A stretch of DNA of 59,189 bases from Spirochaetota bacterium (lineage in GTDB: Bacteria; Spirochaetota; Spirochaetia; SZUA-6; Fen-1364): positions 1 to 59,189 of the forward strand of contig JAPLSM010000045.1 of the NCBI GenBank assembly GCA_026398635.1, written 5' to 3'. The position numbers and the translations under genes were made by a program. Below are positions 1-8,526 of this stretch, in pieces. The notes under the pieces were generated by a model that worked only from the letters and a program-made list of their open reading frames with translations, was not told the DNA's origin and did not search any database. Each line of letters opens with the position of its first letter. Position 1 is the stretch's first letter.

Positions 1-291
1 AACATCTTCGCCAGCCTCATGGATGCCCGGGCCTCGATCGTCAGCAACAACCTCAACGTGCTGATGAAGACCCTGAACCTCATCACGATCGCCATCATGG
101 TACCGACCCTCGTCGTGAGTATCTTCTCGATGAACGTCCGCATCCCCTTCGCGGAGCGGTCGCTGGGGTTCTGGATCATCGTCGGTCTGGCCGCCATCTC
201 GTCGGCGGCCTTCGCGGTGGTCTGGCGACTGTTGAGCGCCGCGCGCACCACCGTCGAACCGCGCCCCCGGCGCCGGCGCCGGCACCCCTAG
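1..291 (+). CDS. corA: CorA-family Mg2+/Co2+ transporter, C-terminal part (5' truncated by window)
   Basis: NNLNVLMKTLNLITIAIMVPTLVVSIFSMNV matches the CorA TM1/GMN-type signature (here SMN), followed by a second TM helix; frame is open from base 1. Confidence 0.85.
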   Translation, partial: NIFASLMDARASIVSNNLNVLMKTLNLITIAIMVPTLVVSIFSMNVRIPFAERSLGFWIIVGLAAISSAAFAVVWRLLSAARTTVEPRPRRRRRHP

Positions 292-812
292 CGGTACTCG
301 ATCGAGAGTACCTTCAGCCGGGTGGGCCCCGCCGGAAGCTCGCAGCGCACCGTGTCGCCGACCCGCGCACCCATAAGCGATTTCGCGATGGGTGAGATCC
401 AGCTCACGTTTCCCGACCCCGGCTCCGCCTCGTCGACGCCGACGATGCGCACCCGCCGCTCGCCCTCAGGCGTTTGCCGCACGGTGACGGCGGCCCCGAA
501 CCGGACCCGGTCCGAACGCTGGACGGCGGGATCGACGACTTCGAGCAGGCTCTGCATCCGGGAGAGGTAGGCGATCCTCCGGTCGCACTCGCCGAGGGCA
601 CGGAGAGCCGGGCCCGGTGACGGCTCGGCAGCGGCTTTCGCGGCGAGGGCCGGGCGCCGCTCGAGCTGCAGTTTCCGCAGCTCGGCCGCCTGCCGGGCAA
701 CGCCTTCAGGGGTCATGAAGTTGCGGGTGCCCGGGGGCAGGGGTAGCTTCAGCGGCGCCACTTCCTCGCCCCGTCCGGAGGCGGCGTCCTCGTCGACGAA
801 TGCCCTGCTCAT
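288..812 (-). CDS. GreA/GreB family transcription elongation factor
   Basis: MSRAFV start, coiled coil, VRFGAAVTV...RIVGVDE...VSWISPIAKSLMGARVGD C-terminal GreA/B domain. Confidence 0.85.
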   Translation of the reverse strand: MSRAFVDEDAASGRGEEVAPLKLPLPPGTRNFMTPEGVARQAAELRKLQLERRPALAAKAAAEPSPGPALRALGECDRRIAYLSRMQSLLEVVDPAVQRSDRVRFGAAVTVRQTPEGERRVRIVGVDEAEPGSGNVSWISPIAKSLMGARVGDTVRCELPAGPTRLKVLSIEYR

Positions 813-824
813 GAGCGTATCATA
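813..824 (-). promoter_or_regulatory. -10 box TATGAT 6 nt upstream of the Gre-factor ATG (leaderless-type)
   Basis: minus strand TATGAT-acgctc-ATG; no Shine-Dalgarno. Confidence 0.55.
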
Positions 825-898
825 CCCCGGTTCCCTGCCGCGGGAAAGCGGCAGCAGGGAGGGGTGATCGGCCGGACCAGCTCGCGCGCTGCAACGGC

Positions 899-934
899 AA
901 AATGATGCGGGCCGGGGAAGGCCCCGGCCCGCAT
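899..934 (-). terminator. intrinsic terminator of the ytr-like operon
   Basis: 13-bp stem ATGCGGGCCGGGG/CCCCGGCCCGCAT with 4-nt loop, followed by CATTTT on the minus strand. Confidence 0.6.
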
Positions 935-963
935 GCCGTACGATGTTTACCTCCGGCCGCGCC

Positions 964-1056
964 TCAGATGACCACGCCGATGATCACCACGACCGCCACC
1001 GCGATCAGCGCGAGGACGCCGAGCGCGCTCCAGAGGGCGATGGTGCTCTTCTTCAT
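964..1056 (-). CDS. 30-aa single-pass membrane peptide MKKSTIALWSALGVLALIAVAVVVIIGVVI (not in ORF track)
   Basis: AAGGAG RBS; ATGA overlap with the GntR stop; basic N-terminus then a fully hydrophobic helix; GC-rich third codon positions. Confidence 0.7.
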   Translation of the reverse strand: MKKSTIALWSALGVLALIAVAVVVIIGVVI

Positions 1057-1436
1057 GACGACTGCTCCTTTCCGTTGCCCCGGCCGCGGGCCTCGTGCAG
1101 GCCGCGCAGCTCGTCCATGCCCATGCCGAGCAGGTCCATGGTCCGGAAGACCCGCGGCAGGTCGCGGCTGACGAACGTCCGCCGCATCAGCTCCCGGGTC
1201 ACCTCGGGCGCGCGCTCGGCCACGAAGTAGCCGAGGCCGCGCTGGTTCTGAATGATTCCCTGGTCCTGCAGGTACGCGTAGGTGCGCACCACGGTGTTCG
1301 GATTGACCTCGGTCTCGCCGGCCAGCTCGCGCACGCTGGGGACCCGGTCGCCGGGCCGCCAGGCGCCCGAGAGCACGTTTTCGCAGGCGAGGTCCGCTAT
1401 CTGCAGGTAGATCGCCTCGTTCTGCCGGAACTCCAT
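1053..1436 (-). CDS. GntR family regulator, YtrA subfamily
   Basis: IYLQIAD...PGDRVPSVRELAGETEVNPNTVVRTY...RGLGYFV winged HTH; short C-terminal domain; co-operonic with an ABC transporter. Confidence 0.92.
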   Translation of the reverse strand: MEFRQNEAIYLQIADLACENVLSGAWRPGDRVPSVRELAGETEVNPNTVVRTYAYLQDQGIIQNQRGLGYFVAERAPEVTRELMRRTFVSRDLPRVFRTMDLLGMGMDELRGLHEARGRGNGKEQSS

Positions 1437-1438
1437 GG

Positions 1439-2251
1439 CTACACCTCGATGTCCCGGAGCCGCAGCCAGCCGATCAGCCAGCACACGGGCGCCGTCCCGG
1501 CCAGGAACACGATCTTCAGTACACGATCGATCTCGACGAGCGGTCCGTAGCCCGCCACGGTCTGGCTCATCAGCCCGGCCCAGCCGGGGACGTCACCGAT
1601 GTCCAGGAGGCAGCCGTGGAAGTACTCCCGGAAGACGATGCGCGCCGTGATGCCGGCCACCACGGCCACTCCGACCGCGACGGCCTGGATCGTCAGAACG
1701 GTCTTCAGGAACGCGAGCTTCCGCCACCACACCGACCCAAGCAGGAAGACGGACTGGGCCACGAGGTAGTAGCCGAGCGCCTGGAGCACGCCGGTGTCGA
1801 ACGGGTTGAAGAACGCGTTGCCGAACCCGAAGATCAGCCGGTTGATGCCCTCACTCGCCGCCGCGACGGCCGTGTAGAAGACGGCGCTGCCCAGCGCGTA
1901 CCCGACCGACGTCGAGATGAGCTTGCTCGCGTACTTCTCCAGCGCGGAAGCGGGAAGGGTGAGGTAGAAGATTCCCCCGCCGTTCTGCCGAATCTCCCGG
2001 AACGCGAGGCTCGAGACGATGAATCCGCCGAGGAACAGCAGGTTGTTGTACAGGTTGAAGTGGAAGTTCGACGCGCCCGCGTGCCGGCCGGAAAGCTGCA
2101 TGCCGAGCACGGTGAGACCCGAGATGAGGATGACGGTGCCTGCAACCGCGGCCATGGCCACGAGCATGCTCCGGTAACCGCCCGTCAGGTCCCTCAGCAG
2201 GAGCTGGGCGAACCGGCTTGGCTTGAACACCTTGTTCAGACTGGGAGCCAT
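1439..2251 (-). CDS. ABC-2 type permease (Ytr-like membrane subunit)
   Basis: about 6 hydrophobic helices, YLTLPAS.LEK motif, downstream of the ABC ATPase. Confidence 0.75.
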   Translation of the reverse strand: MAPSLNKVFKPSRFAQLLLRDLTGGYRSMLVAMAAVAGTVILISGLTVLGMQLSGRHAGASNFHFNLYNNLLFLGGFIVSSLAFREIRQNGGGIFYLTLPASALEKYASKLISTSVGYALGSAVFYTAVAAASEGINRLIFGFGNAFFNPFDTGVLQALGYYLVAQSVFLLGSVWWRKLAFLKTVLTIQAVAVGVAVVAGITARIVFREYFHGCLLDIGDVPGWAGLMSQTVAGYGPLVEIDRVLKIVFLAGTAPVCWLIGWLRLRDIEV

Positions 2252-2252
2252 G

Positions 2253-3107
2253 TCACGCCCCCTTTCCGGCGGCAGCGCCGCCGAACACTTCGCGCACCCT
2301 GTCCCGGTTGGCGATCACGGTGTTGAAGAGGGTCTCCAGGTCCACGCGGTTCTCCGCGCCGGCCGCGTTCTCGCGCACGACCACGTACCCTCCCAGCGTC
2401 TTGTCCGAGTAGATCACCCCGCCGTCGGTCGGCTGCTCGCGCTCCATGCTCACGCAGAGCCGCCGCGCGGTCTCCTCGAGGGACTCCTGGAAGATCACTT
2501 TTCCCTCGTCGAGGATGATGATGGGGTCGATTAGGTTCTCCATGTCCCGCACCTGGTGCGTGGAGATCAGGACGAGCTGGTCCCCCGCGGTCGAGCGGGC
2601 GAGCGCGCTGCGGAACTGGCTCTTCGAGGGGATGTCCAGCCCGTTGGTCGGCTCGTCCAGCAGCAGCAGGCGGGTCCGGGAGGCGAGCCCGAAGGCGAGC
2701 AGGAACTTCTTCTTCTGCCCGTAGGAGAGCTCGGTGAGCTTCTTCGACCCGTCCAGCTCGAAATCTCGCAGGTGCTCGACAAACACCGCGTGGTCGAACC
2801 GGGGGTAGAACGGCGCGTACAGCCGCTCGAAGAACACCGGCGTGACTGGGGGCACATGCAGGTCCTCGCTGATGAGGCAGGTGTCCTCGAGCAGGCCTGC
2901 AGGCCGATTCTGCGGCAGGTAACCCAGCACCCGGCACTCGCCCGCCTGCGGGAAGCGCAGTCCGCAGATGAGCTTAAGCAGGGTGGTCTTGCCTGCCCCG
3001 TTCTTGCCGAGCAACCCGTAGATGTTGCCCGGTTCCAGGTAGAGGTCGAGCCCTTCGAAGAGCTTCTGCCTCTTGTACCCGAATGCCATTCCCTTGATCT
3101 CGATCAT
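2253..3107 (-). CDS. ABC transporter ATP-binding protein (YtrB-like)
   Basis: Walker A GKNGAGKTT, signature LSYGQ, Walker B LLLLDEPTNGLD, H-loop STH; RBS AGGAGG before ATG 3107. Confidence 0.93.
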   Translation of the reverse strand: MIEIKGMAFGYKRQKLFEGLDLYLEPGNIYGLLGKNGAGKTTLLKLICGLRFPQAGECRVLGYLPQNRPAGLLEDTCLISEDLHVPPVTPVFFERLYAPFYPRFDHAVFVEHLRDFELDGSKKLTELSYGQKKKFLLAFGLASRTRLLLLDEPTNGLDIPSKSQFRSALARSTAGDQLVLISTHQVRDMENLIDPIIILDEGKVIFQESLEETARRLCVSMEREQPTDGGVIYSDKTLGGYVVVRENAAGAENRVDLETLFNTVIANRDRVREVFGGAAAGKGA

Positions 3108-3119
3108 CCTTCCCCTCCT

Positions 3120-3151
3120 GATTAGTGTACTATTCAACTAATACACTAATC
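3120..3151. promoter_or_regulatory. YtrA-type operator (inverted repeat)
   Basis: GATTAGTGTA-N12-TACACTAATC, a perfect 10-bp inverted repeat resembling the AGTGTA-Nn-TACACT YtrA box; lies just downstream of a minus-strand TTGACA (3179-3174)-N17-TACAAG promoter. Confidence 0.75.
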
Positions 3152-3300
3152 TTGTAACACATGGAATGGCGCGTGTCAATACCAATTTAATGTGTAGGAC
3201 ATAAAAAAGGGGATTGTATGGAGAACTCGAAAGGCATACGCTGACGCTGCAATATATCACGAAATAGTGGCAGTTCTCTGCGAGTTCAGGAGGAAGAAGC

Positions 3301-4578
3301 ATGACGAGAATCGATCAGCTGCTCTTCCATCGAGAAATCAAGGCACTTCAGATCGTGATCGTCTTCAGGCTGCTGTTCCTCTTCTCAATGATGTTCGGCA
3401 CCCCATTCGGGGGCAAGAGCGTCCTGGAGACGACCCTGGTCGCCGGACTGTGCGGGCCCACGCTGCTGTTCAGCATCTGGTCTATATTCCAGCTGCGCAG
3501 AGAGAAACGGGTGCGCATGGTGGGCACCATCGGCGCGATCCTCGACATCATCATCATCACCGCCCTGCCGGTCATCTGGTATTTTTCCGTCGGTGGCCCC
3601 GCCGTGCCCCCCGCCTACCTGATCAAGGGGCCATTCTACCAGGCCTTCCTCTGGGCGATTCTCGTCGTCAACAGCTTCGCCATCCAGCCGCTGTACCTGT
3701 TCATCGTCATCGGCGGGGGATTCCTCAGCGTAAGCGCGCACCTGCTGTATCTGGTCATCGACGGAAGGACCACGTTCACCGCGGATTTCATTGCGCATAA
3801 CCTCTCCAGCGTGGTCACCCCGTATTTCGTGATCACCTCGCTCCTGATGTTCGTGATCGTCGGTGTCGGCCTCGTGATTTTCGTGCGCAGGATCAAGGCC
3901 ACCGTGCATTCCGCCGCGAAGAGCGAGATCGCCGTGAACCAGCTCAGCAGGTTCTTCTCGCCCAGGATACGGGACGAGCTGATCGCGGAACACAACCAGT
4001 TCGCATCGGACCGCGGCAGGCTGCAGGACGTGGCGGTTCTCTTCAGCGACATCCGCAATTTCACGTCCATGTGCGAATCGCTGCCGCCGGAAGACGTGGT
4101 TTCCTTCCTGAAGGAGTACCACGCCCGCATGGTGGACATCATCTTCCGGCACGACGGCACGCGGGACAAGTTCATCGGCGACGGCATCATGGCGACCTTC
4201 GGAACGCCGAGTCCGACGAAGGATGACGCCCGCAACTCCGTCCTGGCTGCCATCGACATGCAGCGATCCCTCGCGGACCTGAACGCGCTCCGGATCGCGG
4301 ACGGGAAAGAGCCCATCCGCATCGGCATCGGAATCCATTACGGGCAGGTCGTCGTCGGAAACGTGGGCAGCGAGAACCGGCTCGAATACACGGTGATCGG
4401 GGACACGGTCAACACCGCGAGCAGGCTCGAAAGCGCGACGAAGGAGCTGCATCAGCCCATCGCGTTTTCGGAAGACGTGCGCGGGCGGATGGGAGACGAC
4501 ATCCCCGCGATCATGATCGGGGATATCCAGCTTCGGGGGAGGGCGAAAGGAGTCCGGGTGTACACGGTCGCAGCGTGA
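3301..4578 (+). CDS. membrane-bound class III adenylate/guanylate cyclase
   Basis: about 6 N-terminal TM helices; FSDIRNFT, DKFIGDG, GIGIHYG, YTVIGDTVNTASRLE motifs (Lys suggests ATP specificity). Confidence 0.9.
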   Translation: MTRIDQLLFHREIKALQIVIVFRLLFLFSMMFGTPFGGKSVLETTLVAGLCGPTLLFSIWSIFQLRREKRVRMVGTIGAILDIIIITALPVIWYFSVGGPAVPPAYLIKGPFYQAFLWAILVVNSFAIQPLYLFIVIGGGFLSVSAHLLYLVIDGRTTFTADFIAHNLSSVVTPYFVITSLLMFVIVGVGLVIFVRRIKATVHSAAKSEIAVNQLSRFFSPRIRDELIAEHNQFASDRGRLQDVAVLFSDIRNFTSMCESLPPEDVVSFLKEYHARMVDIIFRHDGTRDKFIGDGIMATFGTPSPTKDDARNSVLAAIDMQRSLADLNALRIADGKEPIRIGIGIHYGQVVVGNVGSENRLEYTVIGDTVNTASRLESATKELHQPIAFSEDVRGRMGDDIPAIMIGDIQLRGRAKGVRVYTVAA

Positions 4579-4718
4579 TGCTCGGACGCAGCGGAATCCG
4601 GCGCGGGATCCCGCAGCACCAGCGGGAGCAGTCCGTGCGATCGGCTTACGAGGCTTCGACCTTCAGCTTCAGCCGGCGAACCGGGCTGTCCATTTTTCCA
4701 GGCAGAGCGCTCTGAGTC

Positions 4719-6395
4719 TCATCCCCCCGGCTTCCCGAAGTAGTGCGGGCCCTTCGGGTTGTAGATTACGCGCAGGGCTTTGGGCAGGATGTCGATGTCG
4801 TAGCGCTTCGCGAAGGTGACCTCACCGTCGAGGTGGGCGGGCGCCTCCGCTTCGAACTCGAACGTCGCCTTGTTCACCTGGTAGTAGTGCACCACGGGGT
4901 CGGAGAGGTGGGTCTGGTGCTGGAATGAGATGAGTTCCTTGAAGCGCATCGGCACCGAGAGGGGATCGGTCATGCACACGTCGAGCAGGCCGTCGTCGGC
5001 AAAGGCCTTCGGCGTGATGTGGATACCCGCGGCCATCCGGCGGCCGTTCGCGATGGTGTTGAGGAAGCTGCGCTGCTCCACGGTCCGGCCCTCGATCGTC
5101 ACCCGCATCGATTTCTCATGATAGAACAGGATGTTCTTCACGATCATCCAGGTGTACTTCGCCTTGCTGCCCTTCTTGACCTCGCCGCCGTTCTCCATGT
5201 GGAAGTTGTCCATCGCCACCTGCGCGTCGAAGCCAAGACCCATGCCGTTGATGAAATACTTGCCATTGCACCGGCCCACGTCCATGCCGGTCTCGGCAGC
5301 CTGGAACAGCGCGTCCCAGTGCTCCGGCGCGAACCGCTCGGGGAAGCCGAGGATGGCAATGAAGTCGTTGCCCGTGCCCGCGGCGACGGCGCCGAAAGTG
5401 ACGCCGTCCCGGCCGACCAGGGCCTGGGCCATCTCGCTCAGCGTGCCGTCGCCGCCCACTCCGACAATCCTCTTCGCGCCCCTGGCAGCGTGCTCGGCGG
5501 CCAGTTCCGTAGCGTGGCCCTTGCCGCGCGTCAGCACCACCTCGCCGTCGGCGCCGTGCCGGGCCATCATCTCCTTCACGGTCGGGACGAGGGAGGCCGC
5601 GAAGCCGTTTCCTGCGATCGGGTTCACAATGAACACCCATCCATCGGTGCGTTTCATGCGGGTTGCTCCTTGTTCTTCACGATGTGCCTTGATCTGACGC
5701 CGGACCAGCTCGACGATCTCGTCGTCGGGCAGGTTGGCGAGTTGGTCGTAGGCGATGGGCGGGTGCACCGTCACCTCGATGCGCTCGCGCGGGTCCATGT
5801 ACCAGCGGTCCTTCGGCTTCAGAGCCCAGGTTCCGTCGATGCGCAGGGGCAGCAGGTCGAGCCGGCCCTCGCGCAGCACGCGCACGAACCCCCGCCTCAG
5901 CCGCTGCACCTCGCCATCCAGGGTGCGGGTTCCTTCGGGGAACATACCGACCGACAGGCCCACCCGCGCGCGCTCGATCGCCTCGCGCAGCGCTTCCGCG
6001 GCCTTGCGGAGGTTGTCCGTTTCCACGGGGATGTAGTGGATGCACCGCAGGAAGAAGCCGAACAGGGGGATGCGGAGGAGTTTTTCCCGGCCCATGATCG
6101 CCAGGCTGGGCAGCACCGCGAGCATGGCCGGGATGTCGTACATGCTCGAGTGGTTGGCCAGAACGAGGTAGTGTCCTGACCGGGCGATGCGCTCGCGGTT
6201 CCGGATGTGCAGTCTCCTCCCCACGAACAAGAATGGTACGCGCGCCCACGCGGCCACCAGGCCGGTCAGCACGCCGCGCAGGCCGAGAATCGCGGCCACG
6301 CAGGCCGCGCTGACCATCAGGAAGGTGATGAGATAGACGAACAGGTAAGTCGAGAGCGTGGCGAGCGCCGCTCGGCAGGTTGAGAGGATACCCAC
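4719..6395 (-). CDS. in-frame fusion of a PlsC lysophospholipid acyltransferase and a DAGK/YegS-family lipid kinase
   Basis: NHSSMYD and FPEGTR (PlsC); NPIAG, GGDGT, GTGNDF, DDGLLDV, DGE (DAGK); likely GTG start at 6395 with GGAG RBS; internal AAGGAG-ATG at 5657. Confidence 0.8.
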   Translation of the reverse strand: MGILSTCRAALATLSTYLFVYLITFLMVSAACVAAILGLRGVLTGLVAAWARVPFLFVGRRLHIRNRERIARSGHYLVLANHSSMYDIPAMLAVLPSLAIMGREKLLRIPLFGFFLRCIHYIPVETDNLRKAAEALREAIERARVGLSVGMFPEGTRTLDGEVQRLRRGFVRVLREGRLDLLPLRIDGTWALKPKDRWYMDPRERIEVTVHPPIAYDQLANLPDDEIVELVRRQIKAHREEQGATRMKRTDGWVFIVNPIAGNGFAASLVPTVKEMMARHGADGEVVLTRGKGHATELAAEHAARGAKRIVGVGGDGTLSEMAQALVGRDGVTFGAVAAGTGNDFIAILGFPERFAPEHWDALFQAAETGMDVGRCNGKYFINGMGLGFDAQVAMDNFHMENGGEVKKGSKAKYTWMIVKNILFYHEKSMRVTIEGRTVEQRSFLNTIANGRRMAAGIHITPKAFADDGLLDVCMTDPLSVPMRFKELISFQHQTHLSDPVVHYYQVNKATFEFEAEAPAHLDGEVTFAKRYDIDILPKALRVIYNPKGPHYFGKPGG

Positions 6396-6505
6396 GTGGA
6401 CTCCAGGCCGCACGGCGTGGCGAACCATGATTGCTACCCTTCTACAATGATTTCCAGTACGATTTCCAGCCCCCCGGCTACCCCCTCCAGCCTCATCACG
6501 GTTGC

Positions 6506-6558
6506 GGCGGCTGTCGACATCCCTATCTACGCCGCCCTACGGCGTCCGTGCCTTGGGG
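6506..6558 (+). repeat. palindromic repeat family B, copy 1
   Basis: GGCGGCTGTCGACATCCCTATCTACGCCGCCCTACGGCGTCCGTGCCTTGGGG, closely similar to 38351-38403 and 43562-43662. Confidence 0.75.
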
Positions 6559-7020
6559 AGGCATTGGGGACACCCTGGCCGCTCCCTCCTTCGCCAGATG
6601 CCGTTGCGTTGCGTCGATCGACTCACCGAACACATCAAAGGGTTTGAAGGGCGGTAGGAAGAAGCACACGAGGGTGAGGCAACTCGTCGGGCTGGGATTG
6701 ATGCATTCATGCCACACGCCTCGCGGGGCTGTCACGATGCCTTCGCCGGCCAGATCGTAGTCCTCGCTGTCCAGGCGCACCTTCGCCGGCCCTGAAAAGT
6801 AAATGATCTCGTCGCTCTCCTCGTGCACGTGCCCGTTCGAGATGCCCTTGGGGTCGAGGATCACATGGGTGACCAGGTAGCGCTCGTCACCGGTCGTGTA
6901 GGGCGACAGGGGCAGCCGCACCTGCCTGCGCGGTTCTGGGTCGCGGTATACGAACGGCAGGCTGCGAATGTCGACGACACAGCTTCGGTATTTCTCCGCC
7001 ATCGGATCCTCCGTCGCCAT
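6523..7020 (-). CDS. cupin domain protein
   Basis: HVHEESDEIIY and APRGVWHECIN cupin metal motifs; C-terminus runs into repeat B. Confidence 0.8.
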   Translation of the reverse strand: MATEDPMAEKYRSCVVDIRSLPFVYRDPEPRRQVRLPLSPYTTGDERYLVTHVILDPKGISNGHVHEESDEIIYFSGPAKVRLDSEDYDLAGEGIVTAPRGVWHECINPSPTSCLTLVCFFLPPFKPFDVFGESIDATQRHLAKEGAARVSPMPPQGTDAVGRRR

Positions 7021-7023
7021 CGG

Positions 7024-8526
7024 TTACAGCTCGTACTCTTCGGACTTCACGAAATCCGTAAGATCGTCGAGGGGATAGATGGGCCTCCGTACTTTCTGGA
7101 AACCGTGGAGCGCTAGGTCTCGCGCCGTCGGGCCCGGCGTGTCGACGTACTCGCACGCGTTCATGATGTCCCGGTAGGCGGGTTTGAAGAGATGGTGCGA
7201 CTTCTGGATGATCAACGCCGCCCGTGACGGCTCGCACCCCATTGATCGATATGCCTCCGGATCGTGCAGGAAGGCGGTGTGCTGGGCGACGAGCAACCGG
7301 ATGGTGCCGATCTCGAGGAGCGCGCGCCAACCTGCGTTCACGGTGAATCCGCTGAGCGCCGGGCCCTTCGGGGTGAACGGCTTGTCCGTCACGCGCAGGA
7401 CCCGGGCTTTCACGCGAGTTTGGGCGTTGTAGCCTCGGGACGCGCTTCCGAGTTCCACGTCCACCACGCTTCCCGCTGCGGCCGCGCGTGCGACCTCAAC
7501 GGCGCCGGGATCGACGATGGTGATCAGGGCATTGGTGGTCACCCGGTTCTCGAGCAGTTTCCTGAGGAGGAAGGTGCTGTCACCGGGCCCCCCGGCGGTG
7601 ATGACGTCGCCGAGGTCGACGGCACAGACCGGCGCGGCGAGCGACGCCAGCCCTACCATGAATCCAGTGAAGTCCGCAACGGGCACGGTGTACGCGTGCC
7701 GGCTCTCCCAGATGAACCGGAGCACGTCGTCCCGCTTCGCGGCGAGGTCCTGCAGGTCGGCGTCCTCGTCGCAGCAGACGAGGAGGGAGGTGCCATGGCC
7801 TTCCACATCCAGCCATGGCTGGGTCATCGAGTGGACGACGGTGAGAACTCCGGCGGCGCCGTCCAGACGGGAAAGCATGCCCACGACAGCGGCGGAAGGA
7901 TCGGTGTCGGTGGAACAATGCTCGACGGGGACGATCAGGGGCACGCGCGCGAAGAGTTTCCGCACCCTTCTCCCGTGCGACAGGAGGCGGAGCATGCATT
8001 CCGCTGCCCGCCTGCCCGTGTCGGCGAGATCGGTGTGAGGATAGGTTCGATACCCGACGAAGGCGTCCGCGTGCATCAACATCCGTCGGGTCATGCAGGC
8101 GTGCCAGTCCAGCGAGACGACGATCCTTACCGCGTCGCCGACGAGGGCGCGCACATTTTGTAGAAGGAGGCCTTCGCAATCATCATCGCCATCGGCGACC
8201 ATGGCGCCGTGGAGCGAGAGGTAGACTCCGTCGAGCTTTCCCGCCACCCGTATGCCGGCATACAGGCGGTGCGCCAGCGCGCGGAAAGTTTCGTCGGTCA
8301 CTTTTCCACCGGGGACACCCCACGTGACGAACCCCGGGACGACCGAGATGCCTTCGTGCCGATCCATGGCCGAATAAAAGCCGCCGACCTCGACATTGGC
8401 GCCGATGAGACCCCGTGTCTCTTCTCCCTCGGCCAGGTAGGTGTTCTGGAATGCCTCGAGATCGGTGCGCAACGGGCTCGATGTGTTCGCCTCGAAGAGC
8501 AGACAGCCCACGTAGAGGCGCTTCAT
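7024..8526 (-). CDS. M81 family metallopeptidase (MlrC-like)
   Basis: EAN(T)SSP, LHGAM, DCEG.LL, SLDWHA, YRTYPHTD, KS..HF motifs of the MlrC family. Confidence 0.88.
   Translation of the reverse strand: MKRLYVGCLLFEANTSSPLRTDLEAFQNTYLAEGEETRGLIGANVEVGGFYSAMDRHEGISVVPGFVTWGVPGGKVTDETFRALAHRLYAGIRVAGKLDGVYLSLHGAMVADGDDDCEGLLLQNVRALVGDAVRIVVSLDWHACMTRRMLMHADAFVGYRTYPHTDLADTGRRAAECMLRLLSHGRRVRKLFARVPLIVPVEHCSTDTDPSAAVVGMLSRLDGAAGVLTVVHSMTQPWLDVEGHGTSLLVCCDEDADLQDLAAKRDDVLRFIWESRHAYTVPVADFTGFMVGLASLAAPVCAVDLGDVITAGGPGDSTFLLRKLLENRVTTNALITIVDPGAVEVARAAAAGSVVDVELGSASRGYNAQTRVKARVLRVTDKPFTPKGPALSGFTVNAGWRALLEIGTIRLLVAQHTAFLHDPEAYRSMGCEPSRAALIIQKSHHLFKPAYRDIMNACEYVDTPGPTARDLALHGFQKVRRPIYPLDDLTDFVKSEEYEL

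Noticed and set aside
4640-4700. 15-codon minus-strand ORF MDSPVRRLKLKVEAS
   Set aside because: Too short with no clear RBS; cannot be distinguished from a chance ORF or gene remnant
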